Shown here: positions 1 through 12,257 of the stretch, piece after piece
How the letters are laid out: every line of letters starts with the position of its first letter
How positions within the stretch are numbered: the stretch's first letter is position 1
Assembly (NCBI GenBank): GCA_030264375.1
Contig: JASCQW010000146.1
Coordinates: forward strand, 39,952,659 to 40,016,658
DNA length: 64,000 nt
DNA from: Carcharhinus longimanus
Lineage: Eukaryota
Reading direction: 5' to 3'
Position numbers and translations under genes: made by a program
The notes under the pieces: model-generated
What the model was told of the DNA's origin: nothing
Database searches by the model: none
What the model saw: the letters and a program-made list of their open reading frames with translations, nothing else

Positions 1-444
1 ACCTATCAGAGGAGTTTTCAAAGCAAAAGAATTGAGTGCAACACATCTGGAAAATACAGGACATCTGAGAAATGAATTCTGGGACAACAACTTGACGGTT
101 TGCAGGTTCCACACCCATCCCTGTATTCAGGCCATATGTGGTCAAGCTGTTAAAAATATGGTTTGTCATAAAATATGGTATTGTCATTTCAGTATTTTCC
201 CCTTCTTCTCCCCAAAGTACTGGGGTAATTCCACAGGTGCCAGCAGCCCTCACTAATGGGTACTGTTGTGCATGCCTGGACTGACAGCATTAGCGGGCAG
301 TACAGACTTAGCTTCAAAATGGGAATGCAATTAGCCACCATGCCATTAGAGGGAACATTTCAAATCACAATGGAATGTTCTACAATTTAAACACTTGGAA
401 CAGGACAAGACTTACAGCAACTAGCAAGCAGAAAGGACAAACAA

Positions 445-900
445 CTGATATTCATACAATATCTTTAACATAGCAAAACATCCCAAACCGCTTAACAGAA
501 ACAATGCCAACAAAAGCATTTTCAACACTGAGCTATATAAGGTAGGTGACCAAAAGCTTGATTAAGTAGGTTTTATGGAGCATTTTAAAGTGGGCAAGAG
601 AGGCACTAAGATTGAAGGAGGGGATTTCAGGGCTTAAGGCCAAAAACACTGAACGTACGATGGCCAATTAAAATTGAGAGCCCTCAAGAGGCCAGAATTG
701 GAGGAGCCCAAAGATCTCAGAGGACTGGAGGAATGTGGAAATTAGGACAAGGATCGTGAAATCTAGACTTAATCACTTTGGAGGAATGGATAAACAGGAC
801 TTGGAGCAAGTTAAGATATGGACAGGAGTTGGACGAGCACTATTTTAGGAAGGATGGAAGAGGGGAGGCCAGCCTGTAGTAAATGGGAAATGAACAAGAG
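445..900 (-). mobile_element. L2-like LINE 3' fragment, highly diverged
   Basis: GGTGACCAAAAGCTTG..TAGGTTTT...GGCCAGAATTGGAGGAG; similar sequence at ~11820-12450 and ~43300-43720. Confidence 0.5.
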
Positions 901-2299
901 TGAATAAAACTTCTTCTGCTATTGTCAAACCACTGAGAATACTTTAATTCCAAGCATCTCGAGTGAAAGTTACAATCATTTCTGGGCACAGAAGCAGTCT
1001 GGGGCAATAGCATTACACTCTGGACATCAGAATTGTCAGGCATGATAGAGGGCAGGTGAACTCAACACTTCAAAGCCATTTACTTAATTGTTGCGTAAAG
1101 TCCAACTATACTGGTGAAATAAAATTTCAATCAGCCATCACGCTCAATTGAATCTAGGTATATTTTACGGATATACTTTATTTTTTGTTTGCCTTGCATT
1201 ACAGGAATGACAGCCCAATCTCCACAAACAGCAGAGATAGTGTCTAACAGGTCCAACGATCGAATGACGTGCTACATCAAGAACACAAGCTAATTCACTT
1301 GGTTAGCTTCTGACTTAAAACATGGGCTAATTTAGTATAGATGCTTGAATTTCCTCGTCCTCAGTGCATGATTTAACTGACCACAGATGAGGGAAGAGGG
1401 ATGATTTCTTCTATGCTCCACACAGAATGAATTCCCAAAGATTTCATACAAAGCACACCAAGATGACCCTCCCCATCATAAAACATGGAGAGGGGAACAG
1501 GATTAATCACTACATGAACTCTCTTGATTGAGTCAATCTACCACTGATTGTCTGGAGATTTGGGCCCCACTGCTGGAATGGAGTCCTACCTCAAAGTTCA
1601 GGTCCTGGAAATGGTACTAAATACCTCTCAAAATCGCTTTCAAAATACATACAAATAAATGGCATAAAAATATAATGTGCCTAAACCCTGTTTAATTAAT
1701 TGAAAGGATATATAACCAGGGTGTTGTTAGACGTTATCACTGTAGGCACCAAAACATCCAAGCAGCCCAAGTTCATTATTGTACTCTCCTACTGTTGACA
1801 AAACCCCCAGCCAGGAATACACACAAGCAACCTAACACTACGAAAGAGATGACAAGACAGAATGCTTTAAAACGTCAACTACATTTAAAATTAAAATTTT
1901 CCTCAGAAAAAAATCCAAAATACTTACAGCTCAGTCAGAAAAGAAGTTTTCCTGCATCAGCCACTCGCATTTTTTTTATATTTTTGCATTTTCCTAAAGT
2001 TTTTTTTCCAAAAATGTCTCCCAGTGTCTCAAGCTCACCTCAACAGGCTCTGACAGCATCTGCCATACTTTTAAGCACGTCACAGAGGTGAGGATTAATT
2101 TAATAAATTAAACACTTTGCAGCTCAGTTTTTTAGAACAATTGTTTTGGGGGCCTTAAAAGAAAAACACAAACTTATGATAGGAGAAACTCCAAACAAAA
2201 ATAAAAAAGTCATTTGTCATTGTACAGACATTACCCAATATTCATGCATTAAAAGCACAAACGCAGCATTAGTAAATCCACAATTAAGCATCGAGTTAC

Positions 2300-2384
2300 C
2301 TTGTAGCTGCTCTCCTTCTGGCTCTTTATTTCGTCACGCAGATGCATACGTTTCTTTAGAGCACTGGGCGAAATATCAATCCGC
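2300..2384 (-). CDS. THRAP3: THRAP3 sixth coding exon (not in ORF track); gene continues beyond window start
   Basis: Manual translation (R)RIDISPSALKKRMHLRDEIKSQKESSYK, family motif RRIDISPS. Acceptor tttccatttttaAG, donor AAG|GTAACT. 85 nt, phase 2 to 0. Confidence 0.93.
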
Positions 2385-3194
2385 CTTAAAAATGGAAACC
2401 ACCATCAGAACGAAGAATATTAAGTGAGCAGAGTCTTTATAGATCTGGTCGTTAACTTTCGAGGGGTACTGGATTAAATTTTGTGATCGACAAGAGGTGC
2501 TGGCGAAGGAGTAAACACTTTGCCATTTTCGGTGCATGCAGACAGGTCTCCCATTATCAGGTGCAGCACAGCCAGACGCAGAATAAAGCGCGCTTTAAAC
2601 AATGTGCCTAAATCTCAATCACTGACGAGCTCCCGCTATCATCAGCATGGCATTTCCATATTCCGCACTGTTCTCTCAGCATTTGAGCAAGATCATCAAT
2701 TTAGTCCCAATTAATAGAGTTGGGGACATCATTGTGCTGGAGGCCCATGTTCATTTGGAAGTGGATACTGACTGTCCAAAACCCACATCATACTCAACCC
2801 TTGGAAATCAACAGAGAGAAATTTTAATCTCATCATTCTGTGTTGGATTAAAACTCAGTCCCAGGAATGAAAGGACAAACTGGCTGTGCCCTTCCTCTTA
2901 TTAATTACCAAAAACAAATCACACTTGTTCAGACAAAGCAGTAGGTGCAGAAGGTGTGCTTTATATGTAACAAACAGAACCTTTCCCGTCTTTTCTGTTT
3001 TACACTTCTCAATCTCCCGTGTCACACTCCCTGTGGGCAGAGCAGACAAAACCTTGCTCTGAGGCAACTGTGACTGTGGCTCTATACCCAACCACACATG
3101 CCCTCCTCGATTCTTCACAATTCGTCCACAAGGCAACCAGGCTGAGTTTGGCAACTCTTCTGGAAAATGGCAGATGCTGCAGCTTGACGAGCTC

Positions 3195-3590
3195 GAGTGT
3201 TTAAAGCACACCACAGCCAATGGTACTTTGGAAATGGTTGCAATGGAAGGGATCACACTCCAGCCAGTTCATGCAAAGCAAGCGCCTGCCAACAAATCAG
3301 CTAAATCACCCCAATGTTTTTGGTGATACTACTTGAGGGATAAACATTGTCACTGGAGAATTCCCTTGCTCTTTCAAAACGTGCTGTGGGATCCTCTACA
3401 ACCAGTCAAGATGGGGTCTCAGTTAAACATCCCATTTGAAAGGTGAACCCTCAGACTGTGCAGCACTCGCTCAGTACTGCACAGCGATGTCAGCCTAGAT
3501 TTTGTGCTCGAGTCGCTGGAGTGGTACTGAACCCACAATCTTTTAACTCAGAGATGAGTATGAGATCCACTGAACCAAGGCTAACACTAC
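3195..3590 (-). mobile_element. Deu-domain (SacSINE1-like) SINE, diverged
   Basis: GTGCAGCACTC.CTCAGTACTGCAC...TCAGCCTAGATT.TGTGCTC.AGTC.CTGGAGTGG..ACTGAACCCACAA, recurring in several copies in the window. Confidence 0.7.
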
Positions 3591-3988
3591 TGTGCCAGCA
3601 AGCAATACCAACATAAAATAAGAGTTCAGCACAAAGGTGAAGGTATGTCAGCTGACCAGGGAGAGATGGTGCATGGGTGTGGAAGAGGATTTACGCTGAT
3701 TCTACTTTCAAGTGATCCTCAGCAACTAATTATAGATGCGCTGATAGAAACCAAGGAAACAGCTTTGCTGCAGAAACAGGTTTTTTTAAGAAGGTCAAAA
3801 ATCAACCAGCTACACAGCAGGCTGGAATTTCATTGCACTGTTTAGTACAGGATAGTCCAGTGGTTAGTAATTGACAAGAGTTGAATATCACGATTTAAAC
3901 TAGCAAACCTCTCGATGGGTAGTCTGGACATTACATTACTGAAGCTTACTAATGCCTCGCTGGCAATAAAAAACAGAAAGCGTGATAC

Positions 3989-4097
3989 CTATGAATCTCT
4001 GGACTCTTCTGCCTGGGAACCTCCTGTTCAGCTGTTCTCCTTTGGTACATTGTAAAACGCTCGTTTAATGTTACTCCTGCTGACTTGAAGTAATGCT
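3989..4097 (-). CDS. THRAP3: THRAP3 fifth coding exon (not in ORF track)
   Basis: Manual translation [36 protein letters not shown](R), family motif TL.ERF...KSPEIHR. Acceptor ttttctctggcaccaacAG, donor AG|GTATCA. 109 nt, phase 1 to 2. Confidence 0.93.
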
Positions 4098-6459
4098 CTG
4101 TTGGTGCCAGAGAAAAAATACAGCCTGCTCAGAATTGTTAGAGAAGAATCACCATCTCTTACACATTAGAAATTACACAATTGGGGAAGCAAAGCTAGCT
4201 GCCAACATCCAATGGTACATCAACTCTGGCAATTTTAGTGAAAGCACAAATATGTTGTTTCCAGAGTGGCTGAACAGCGTCATGAGACACACAGATTCAT
4301 CCCTGCAGCTTCAGCCTCATCATAATGGAATTTACCCAACATCTGGGAGGTGGAGTTTGGGAAAAGCACTCATTCTAAGCTGCTCCTCTACACCACCTTT
4401 GTAGGCAACCTGAGTGTAAAAATGTCCAGTTTTCTTGAGCAGTTATTACATTCATTCCAACAACTTAAAAGCAAATCACTTTACTTTCATGTGGGATGTT
4501 TACAGGAGAAAACATTAAAATTCTTAAACAATGCTGGTTAGATGTTTATATCAACTGGTGCAGTTGCTGGCTATTTTAGCACTCCCAGTGCACACAAGGC
4601 TATCATTGAAAGGAAGGCTTCATACTGTTTCATTCCCTGCTCTATCTTTTCTCAAAACTTCTCCCCACCTGTCTTTTTCAATTTCACCTGGTCTCAATTC
4701 TATTTTAAAAGGAATTAAACCTCATTTATTCATTCAATCCCTTCTCATTTCCTTCCCGCCATGTTCTTTGAGGGGCCCAAACCCTTCCCATCAGCCTTCA
4801 GCTACTTTTGCCTACAAGGCCTAGACAGAGCAGAACGTTAGTCTATCACACAACAGAACACAGCATCTCCACTAAAAGCCGCTTCTACTCATTTGCCATG
4901 GCATGAAGGGTGGAATAATCCATTCAGAACCAAGAGAGAAATTCTTGAAGGCCAATATTTAGGATTAGTGAACCTACCAGCATTATACTTTTAATATGGG
5001 ATCCATCAACAGTGAGAATGTCTATTAACTTCACCCAGGTGATTTAGGACATGAAGTTCCTTTAAAAATGTAACCCTTTGGTAGTTATCACCATCAGTAA
5101 CAACTTAGCTGTACTGATTAGAGACTTGGTCAGCAGAGAATCAACACTGTAAAGTTACCCGTGCCATTTTATCTTAGGTTCCATGTAAACCCACAACTAG
5201 CCGTTCTGTAAAGCTCCAAAGTGAAGTAAGTTCCAGGGGAAAAAAAAATCACTAGTTGTTATAAGCTTGTCACATATGACTTCATCACCAGTCACATCTA
5301 TATGCAAACAGCAGGAAAAATGTTAGAGGCATTTTAACTGACGCAATTAGAATTCTGTACCCTGCCAATACCCTATGGGGCAAAAAACCCCAATACACTG
5401 AAGATGTTAGAAATGAGCACAAACTGCTGGGTACATCCAGAAAATTAGGCAGCCTCTGTAAAGAAACAAAACTGCCCATTTCAAGCAGAACTGTCCAGAT
5501 GGACAACTGCATTTGAAGCTTTAAAATTTCTTTAAGATGCCGACTGACTTGCTGGATGTTTACACCATTTCCGTCTCTTGTTGGCATTTGGCAGCACACT
5601 GGCTGGTGCTTAATTATTGAACAATAAAAACTAGAGAATGCTGAACACATTAGGTTACATGAAAAATGATAAGTAATGGGATGAAGGCGTAGCAGCTCTC
5701 AGTGATTCTGATAAACAAGAATCAACGAAAGAGATTTTTTCAATGACACTGAATATGAAGGGTTTAATTCACTAGGTTCTGTATAATAAATCACCGCCAC
5801 AATTGAGTGATTGATGCAAATGGCATAGCTGCATTTAAAGGGAAGCTAGATAGACACAAAGCAGGAAGGAATAAGAAGTTATAATAATAGGGATGTATGA
5901 AGTAGGGCAGGAGTTATGAACATGGGGGTATGAACTGCAGCATCGACTTGCTGGACCAAACTCGTTTGTGTGATGTAAATTCCATGTCATATGGTAAACC
6001 AAGTTTACTCTCATCTTGTTAACAATTCATAACAATCAGTGCCCCGAGGTGATTCGATACTAGGAGATAAATAATAATACTTGATCAATACATTACGTTC
6101 ATGAAAGCCATTTGTAAATCAAAGCATTTGGGAGGTTGCACAATGACCAGAAAGATTACAGGAAGGTCACTTATTGGCCACAGGTGACTGAAAGCATATA
6201 TTGACAGTGGTCCTATCAAATTTCTATTGTGGGACCAATACTAACATTGTAATGAAGTCCAAAAGAAATAATGAACAGATTTCTTTTACCAGCCTTCAAC
6301 ATACAAGATTGCACCAACATAGGTGTGCTCTGGTTACAACTGGGTACAGGAATACCCAAACCAAAAGAGTAGAAAAAAAACAAGTTCAATACATAGCACA
6401 CAAGGTGGAACAAGTTTCTAAAATACAAAAAAAACAAGCAGTATGTGTTAGTGTCTTAC

Positions 6460-6632
6460 CTTTCACATGGTGAACCAGAGTCACAATATGCTGAGCAAAT
6501 AGCTCTGAAGGGCTACGACGAGACTGGGCCATCTGAATATGCTGGAAGATGGAACGAAACTCCTGATCTTTTTTGGGTTTGTGAACAAGATCACGACAGA
6601 GGCGTCGCTCATGGGTCAGGACGTTGGCAGAG
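6460..6632 (-). CDS. THRAP3: THRAP3 fourth coding exon (conserved BCLAF1/THRAP3 family domain)
   Basis: [57 protein letters not shown], the hallmark family motif. Acceptor tgtgttgtcttcccAG, donor G|GTAAGA. 173 nt, phase 2 to 1. Confidence 0.96.
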
Positions 6633-8171
6633 CTGGGAAGACAACACAAAGAGCTCCTCATGAAAGAAGGCCACTGTAAGGCAACAGTAAGCAATGTTAT
6701 TACCCGCTTATCTGCGCATTACAGACTACAGTATTGCGAGTGCTTCATTCATCAAGTCAACCCCATTTCTGTGTGGAATTCTGCTCACCACTGTACATCA
6801 TCAGCCAGCTGGTTTTGTCACATTTAGGTGCATGCAGATGTTGATTTACTTAACACTTGCATTTTTAGTTTTCAGTCAATTCTGCAGAAGCAAGAAACAA
6901 ATTTAAAAAGTGCCCAATGTGCATGTGTCAGCATGTTTTAATGAGATGTTTCCAAACCCATAAAAACAGTGCTCGCCACTGGGATAACCACAAAGTGCAG
7001 CAATTGGATAAGAACTGTAACGCATATCATTCATCACCAAATCAAGCAGGAAAATGTTTGGAAAAAGAATGTCAAAGAAGTGATAAAATATGAATACATA
7101 ATGCGGCCACATTTGGTATGACCAACATCTTATTACTTACATTTAAAGGTTTCAATTACATAAATATCAATTGCAAGTTACACAGAGCTGAGATTACAGA
7201 GTGGTTGAAAGATCGTTGATCCTATTCACACAAAATATCTCTATCTGATGTCATCTCTACATTAAGAAATTGATTTTGTGAGGATGATATCATCGGCAAA
7301 AGGCCACACTGTTGAGATTGTACCTCATGGCAGGATACGGCAGACTGTGTTCACAACGATAGATTCCCCCAAGGGGAGTTGGTCATCTCTGCAAAGACAC
7401 CATACGGCAATTGCAAAGTGAAGGTTTTACAACTGATCACGGAGTGATAGCCAATAATAAGTGGGCCGATTACAGCATCACTAGGCTGACTTGCTCAACA
7501 CTGTCATGACAAGAGTGTGTTACAGTTCAATTGGTCTCTAATGGAAGTGCGGTAGAGACTGTAGTAGTAGTCTAGGGGTGGAGGAAGGGAGGTGTTGCCT
7601 CGAGATAGCATTAAGGGGGGAAAATAGGCATTGAGCTTAAGCTGTATCCTGAGGTCCTTTCTGAATGAGAAGTCTAAATAAGGACAGTGTAGTAATGCAC
7701 TAATGGGTTATGTTGCAGAGGCAAGACCACATTTCCCAACCCCTTAATAAATTACTGATCTTGCTGTCCTGTAGCAGAGAGAAATAACTCAATGGGACTG
7801 TGCCACAGGGTCACTGCTATGTGCCTTGTCAGCTGAAGGGGTCATTTTTCTTTGAACACCAGGCTGTTTCTATCTCTTGCTACAATAAAAAGACTTGCAA
7901 AGTTTTGACAATGAAATGTCAGGAGGGATGTCAGGGCAACATGCTCTGAATCAAAGCCATAATGATATCTTGCTGAATTAACCAGCAGTTGACAACATCC
8001 GGCCTCAGCCCTACTTGAACAAAGAATAGCTCTATACATCTAATTCTCTTCACTGTTTCGGCAGGGGACAAAGAGGTGAAGTATCTGATCTGGTCAGAGA
8101 ATCATTCATGAGCTGACTGGGCAGCCTAACCCTTGACAAAACAAACAGAGAGCATTCAATCCAACTCTTAC

Positions 8172-9082
8172 CCAANNNNNNNNNNNNNNNNNNNNNNNNN
8201 NNNNNNNNNNNNNNNNNNNNNNNNNNNNNNNNNNNNNNNNNNNNNNNNNNNNNNNNNNNNNNNNNNNNNNNNNNNCCAAGTGTGTCATCGCCAAACTGCA
8301 AAGAATCCATTTTCAGCGTCACCTCTGTTGGACGATGGGCTGGTTTGAGCACAGGAGCACTCTCCTCTTGAGCAGTCACACCTTCCTGCTCTTTGCCATC
8401 GGAGCTTTTCCTCGGGGGAGGAGGGCTTTCTGCTCGGCCTGCCTTATACTTTGATGCTTTCACAGGCGACACCTCCCGGTATCGGCTCCCGTCTGCTTTT
8501 TTTGACTGAAAACGCTCCTCTTTTTTAAATCTCTCGGGCATTAATTCCTCCTCCTCCACATCTTCCACCTCTCTAAATTTCTCCTTGGAGATGGTGATGT
8601 GCTTAAAGAAATTAATCTCTTCCCGTTTCCGTGGCCCATCATTGTCATCATCATCTTCTTCCTCCTCATCCTCCTCATCATATCTCTCCTGAGTTTTACT
8701 TGCGATTAATTTGCTCCTGTACTTGAGCTCATCCTCATATCCGTATTCCTTTTGGTTCTTGGTTGGGTAGTCCTTGTCATGCTCCTCCGCCTCCTCTTCA
8801 TCGTAGCCAAATTTGTGACGCATCTCTGCTTTCGAGATTTTCTCAAACTCCTCAGCAACTCCACCTTTAAATCGTTTCGGGGATTGGCTGCTACGGCTGC
8901 CTTTCTCTGGCAGGTTTTTCACATGGAACTCCGTTTTCACCACACTGCAAGCAGAAAGCCTATCGTAAGCATTGGTCTGGTCTCTCCCTTTCTCTTTTTC
9001 TAAATCTGTTCCTTTCTGCTCCTTTTCTCTTCCATTCACCCTATCCTGCATTAACACTTTAGCTTTCTGCTCCTCTGTAAAC
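8172..9082 (-). CDS. THRAP3: THRAP3 third coding exon (charged/acidic region), interrupted by the N-gap 8176-8275
   Basis: Acceptor ttgttttgttgaatcacAG; reads (R)FTEEQKAK...EVTLKMDSLQFGDDTL up to the gap. Donor GG|GTAAGA at 8171 just after the gap. Phase fits the next exon if the gap flanks overlap by TTGG (807 nt exon). Confidence 0.88.
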
Positions 9083-10716
9083 CTGTGATTCAACAAAACA
9101 AAACAGAAACACACACAAGAAAAGAAATGCAACGCATTACACAATCAGGGCTCCGTGCTTAAACGAACAAGATCTTACAGAAGGATCCATCTCAAAGGTC
9201 TTGTTTCTACCCAAGGCTGAAACTAGGACTCAAACGGAAAGTCCACTCAGGTACTATCAAGCAACTTAGAAAGTGTCAAAGCCCAAATTGCAGGACCTCA
9301 AGATTCAAAACTTGGAAAGCAAGGAAAATAATGTGGTGGTTCGGAGAGAGAAGACTTTGATTTTAAAAGGGAGGAAGGAACACAAGATTGAAGAGTGAAG
9401 TAAAGATGGTCTATGTTCACCATCAAGAAATCCAACATTGGATTCCACGAGGTGTCACAGTGACGCAAGTGCAATTAAGTGCTACTGGTTGGGCAACAGA
9501 GGATTTACAATGTACCAGGTTATCTTTTGTGTACTTACTGGAATGTCACAAGGATCTCTCCATTTACCATTCCCAGCCAATTAACACAGCCTAAGTTTCT
9601 GCAGAGGAAGTGGGGGAGGGCTAAAATCCTCCAATAAACATTGCATATTTTACAGTAGAGCAAAAACATTTGAGACAGTTCCCAATTCGGAGGAAACACT
9701 AATCAAACATGCCGAAGGAATGGACAGCAATGACCATGCCAGAACAAGTCAAAAAACACGCTGGTCCACATATAAACACTTTTTTTAAAAGCCGGTCTTT
9801 GCGAAACTCAAAATTATTAGCCAGAAAATCCATGGAGCCCTCGGTGCTCCACGATTACAAAGCTAGGAGTAAAGGAAGTTCAAAGAGAAAAGTATGTGGG
9901 TAAGCAGCTCACAAATAATAGTTAAGTGAATAAGAAGGTTTATATTTTCATGGTGTATTCTTTATCCAACTGATGTTTGGTGTATTAAAAACAAGAACAC
10001 AGGTAAGTTGCTACAAGTGGCAACTCAAATAGCAACCCCTGCTGTGAAAAAATGGAGCCTCTATCAATGCACAGCTTCCTCACTCAACTGGCTCCAATGG
10101 GTAGTTGGACTTAAGTTCATGTCACAGAGAGTGATGGGCAGTAAGCATGTGCAGTCACCTTTATGATGAAGGTTATGTTTTATACTAAACTAGTATAATC
10201 CTGGAAGGTTCCTTTACCCAACCAGCCACCCATCTCTGCTATATGCTCAAAGTTTAAATTTAAGGTGCACTGCATGTAAGAGAAAGAGATAATGGGAACA
10301 GCTTGTTTGAAAAGCCATGCCAGTGGAGTCAAGAACTGAAAAAAAACAATCCCAGATTAAATTCAGGATGTTCCAAAAGACGCATGATTGATCAACACCT
10401 CCAAGATTTAAGCTTTGAAACTTCAAATGAAATAGTTTTAGGGCATCCGTCCATATAGAAATGCTGAGCTAACTAGTTGGTTGGACTGTGTTAGTGCATG
10501 GAATAGTATATCACAGGCGTCATTTGTAAGTACTGCCTGTGACAGTCTGAGTGTCTCACCTTTGGAATATCCAGCATATCAGCCACTTGATTCCATTGGC
10601 AGTCTGGAATTCCTGACAACTTTTGAAACAAATCCGTTCACACAGGTCTTTACTTCCGAGTAAACAAAAAACGAAAAAGAGATCAAGAATTCAGTACTGA
10701 CCTTCGTGGAACATAC

Positions 10717-11682
10717 CTCTTTAGATATGAAGAGATAGTTGGGACCGGCTGCTCCGCAAACAAGTTGGACATTCCTGGCCGCGTTTCCTCTTTCTGTGCA
10801 TTGCCCTGCGCCAGGCCTGCCAACGGTGGGCTGTGACTGGCTGGGGCTTGTCGTGGCACACTGCGAATTGTAGAGCTGAGCGATGGGGGGCTCTGGTGAG
10901 AGGCATTCGCTCTGGTTGGGCTGCGGCTTTGGGGGCTCATCTGCGCGGGGCTCCCATGAGGTGAAGTGTGGCGGGCAGTGCCCGACAGCGAGGGGCTCTG
11001 CTGACTTGGACTGGAATGCAACGCAGGACTGGTCTTCAGCACCACGGTGGAACGCGGGGCCGGACTGGGGTGCTTGGGGCTGGTGTCGTAGGCAGTCAGG
11101 CCTTTCCAAGAATCACTGCGTTTGGGGGCCAGGCTGGCGGGAGCCTCAGAGCTACCATTACCCGCCTGCCCATCCTCAGGTGACCGTTTCTGCTGGTCTT
11201 CTGTCTCCTGGGCGGGGGGCTTGGAGGCAGCTGCCTCTTTCTGGGACGATTTGGTCTTCTTGCTCCGTCGCTTAGGGGAGGCCGAGCGGCTGCGATGAGG
11301 TGAGGAGCGAGACCTGGAGGATGATGATCTTCCTGATCTGCTGGATGATGACTTGTCAGTGTATCTGGAACGGCTCCTGGATCTCGGCGATGCTGACCGT
11401 CGCTTAGGCGAGCGGGAGCGGGAGCGGCCACGCCGTGGGCTGTAAGTCGAACGGTAGTTATGCCAGTTTGGCCGGTAATTGCCATAATGGTTGTAATTGC
11501 CATAGTTGCCATAACCCCCACGATTATTCCAGTTACCCCTCGGGTAATAGCCTCGCCCTCGGCGCTGGATAAAGGGCCGCCTGTAGCCCCGGTGTCCGCG
11601 AAACTCCCTGGGCTGGTACTCCCGTGGGTAGTTCCGTTCCCGGTTATGTGTAGGAGAATACGACCTGGAGCGAGACCTGGGG
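10717..11682 (-). CDS. THRAP3: THRAP3 second coding exon (RS/RG/Y-rich and SP-rich region)
   Basis: Translates to [36 protein letters not shown]...[29 protein letters not shown]...SSYLKR, matching THRAP3 ([18 protein letters not shown]...[17 protein letters not shown]) better than BCLAF1. Acceptor ttgtttttgcttttcAG, donor AG|GTATGT. 966 nt, phase 2 to 2. Confidence 0.95.
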
Positions 11683-11964
11683 CTGAAAAGCAAAAACAAA
11701 CAATTAAAAATCACATCAGGATAGGTTAAAATTCATATTAATCAACAAGATTTTTTTTTGCGGTGCGGAATACACTTTCTACCACAGCCCTTCATTTGTC
11801 GTTATTACGTGTGATTGGTGCAGCAACAACTTGCATTTCATAGCACTTCAAATGTAGTAAAGCACCTTAAGGCCAAACGTCCATAGGAGCACCTGGCAGC
11901 AAACTGAACCACAGGAGGCAGCATTCAGCCAGATGATTAACTAGTTGGTAAATGGAGCAGCTTT

Positions 11965-12257
11965 GGGTGGCAAGTGGTTAGCACTATTGCTTCTCAGCAC
12001 CAGGGACCTGGGTTCGACTCCGAGCTGGGGTCACTGTCTGTGTGGAGTCTGCACGTTTCTCCAGTGCTGGCGTAAGTTTCCTCCAGGTACTCCGGTTTCC
12101 TCCCACATTTCAAAAGACGGCTGGTTAGGTACATTGGCCGTATTAAATTCTCCTTCAGTGTACCCGAACAGGCACTGGAGTGTGGTGACTTGAGGATTTT
12201 CACAGCAACTTCAGTGCAGTGCTAACGTAAGCTACTCGTGACTAATAAATAAACTTT
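11965..12257 (+). mobile_element. tRNA-derived V-domain SINE, tail type B
   Basis: A-box-like AGTGGTTAGCAC, B-box GGTTCGACTCC, core GTGTGGAGT.TGCAC.TTCTCC...TCCGGTTTCCTCCCAC, tail GGATTTTCACAG...AATAAATAAACTTT. Confidence 0.9.

Noticed and set aside
1-2299. Next THRAP3 exon (expected DLRLDIERRK-like motif)
   Set aside because: No such motif found by eye on the minus strand; presumably outside the window.
10579-11729. Overlapping alternative-frame and antisense ORFs over the large THRAP3 exon
   Set aside because: Expected shadow ORFs of a GC-rich, low-complexity coding exon; no independent motifs.
11965-12030. tRNA-like A/B-box sequences at SINE heads
   Set aside because: They continue into SINE core and tail and do not form complete cloverleafs; not tRNA genes.
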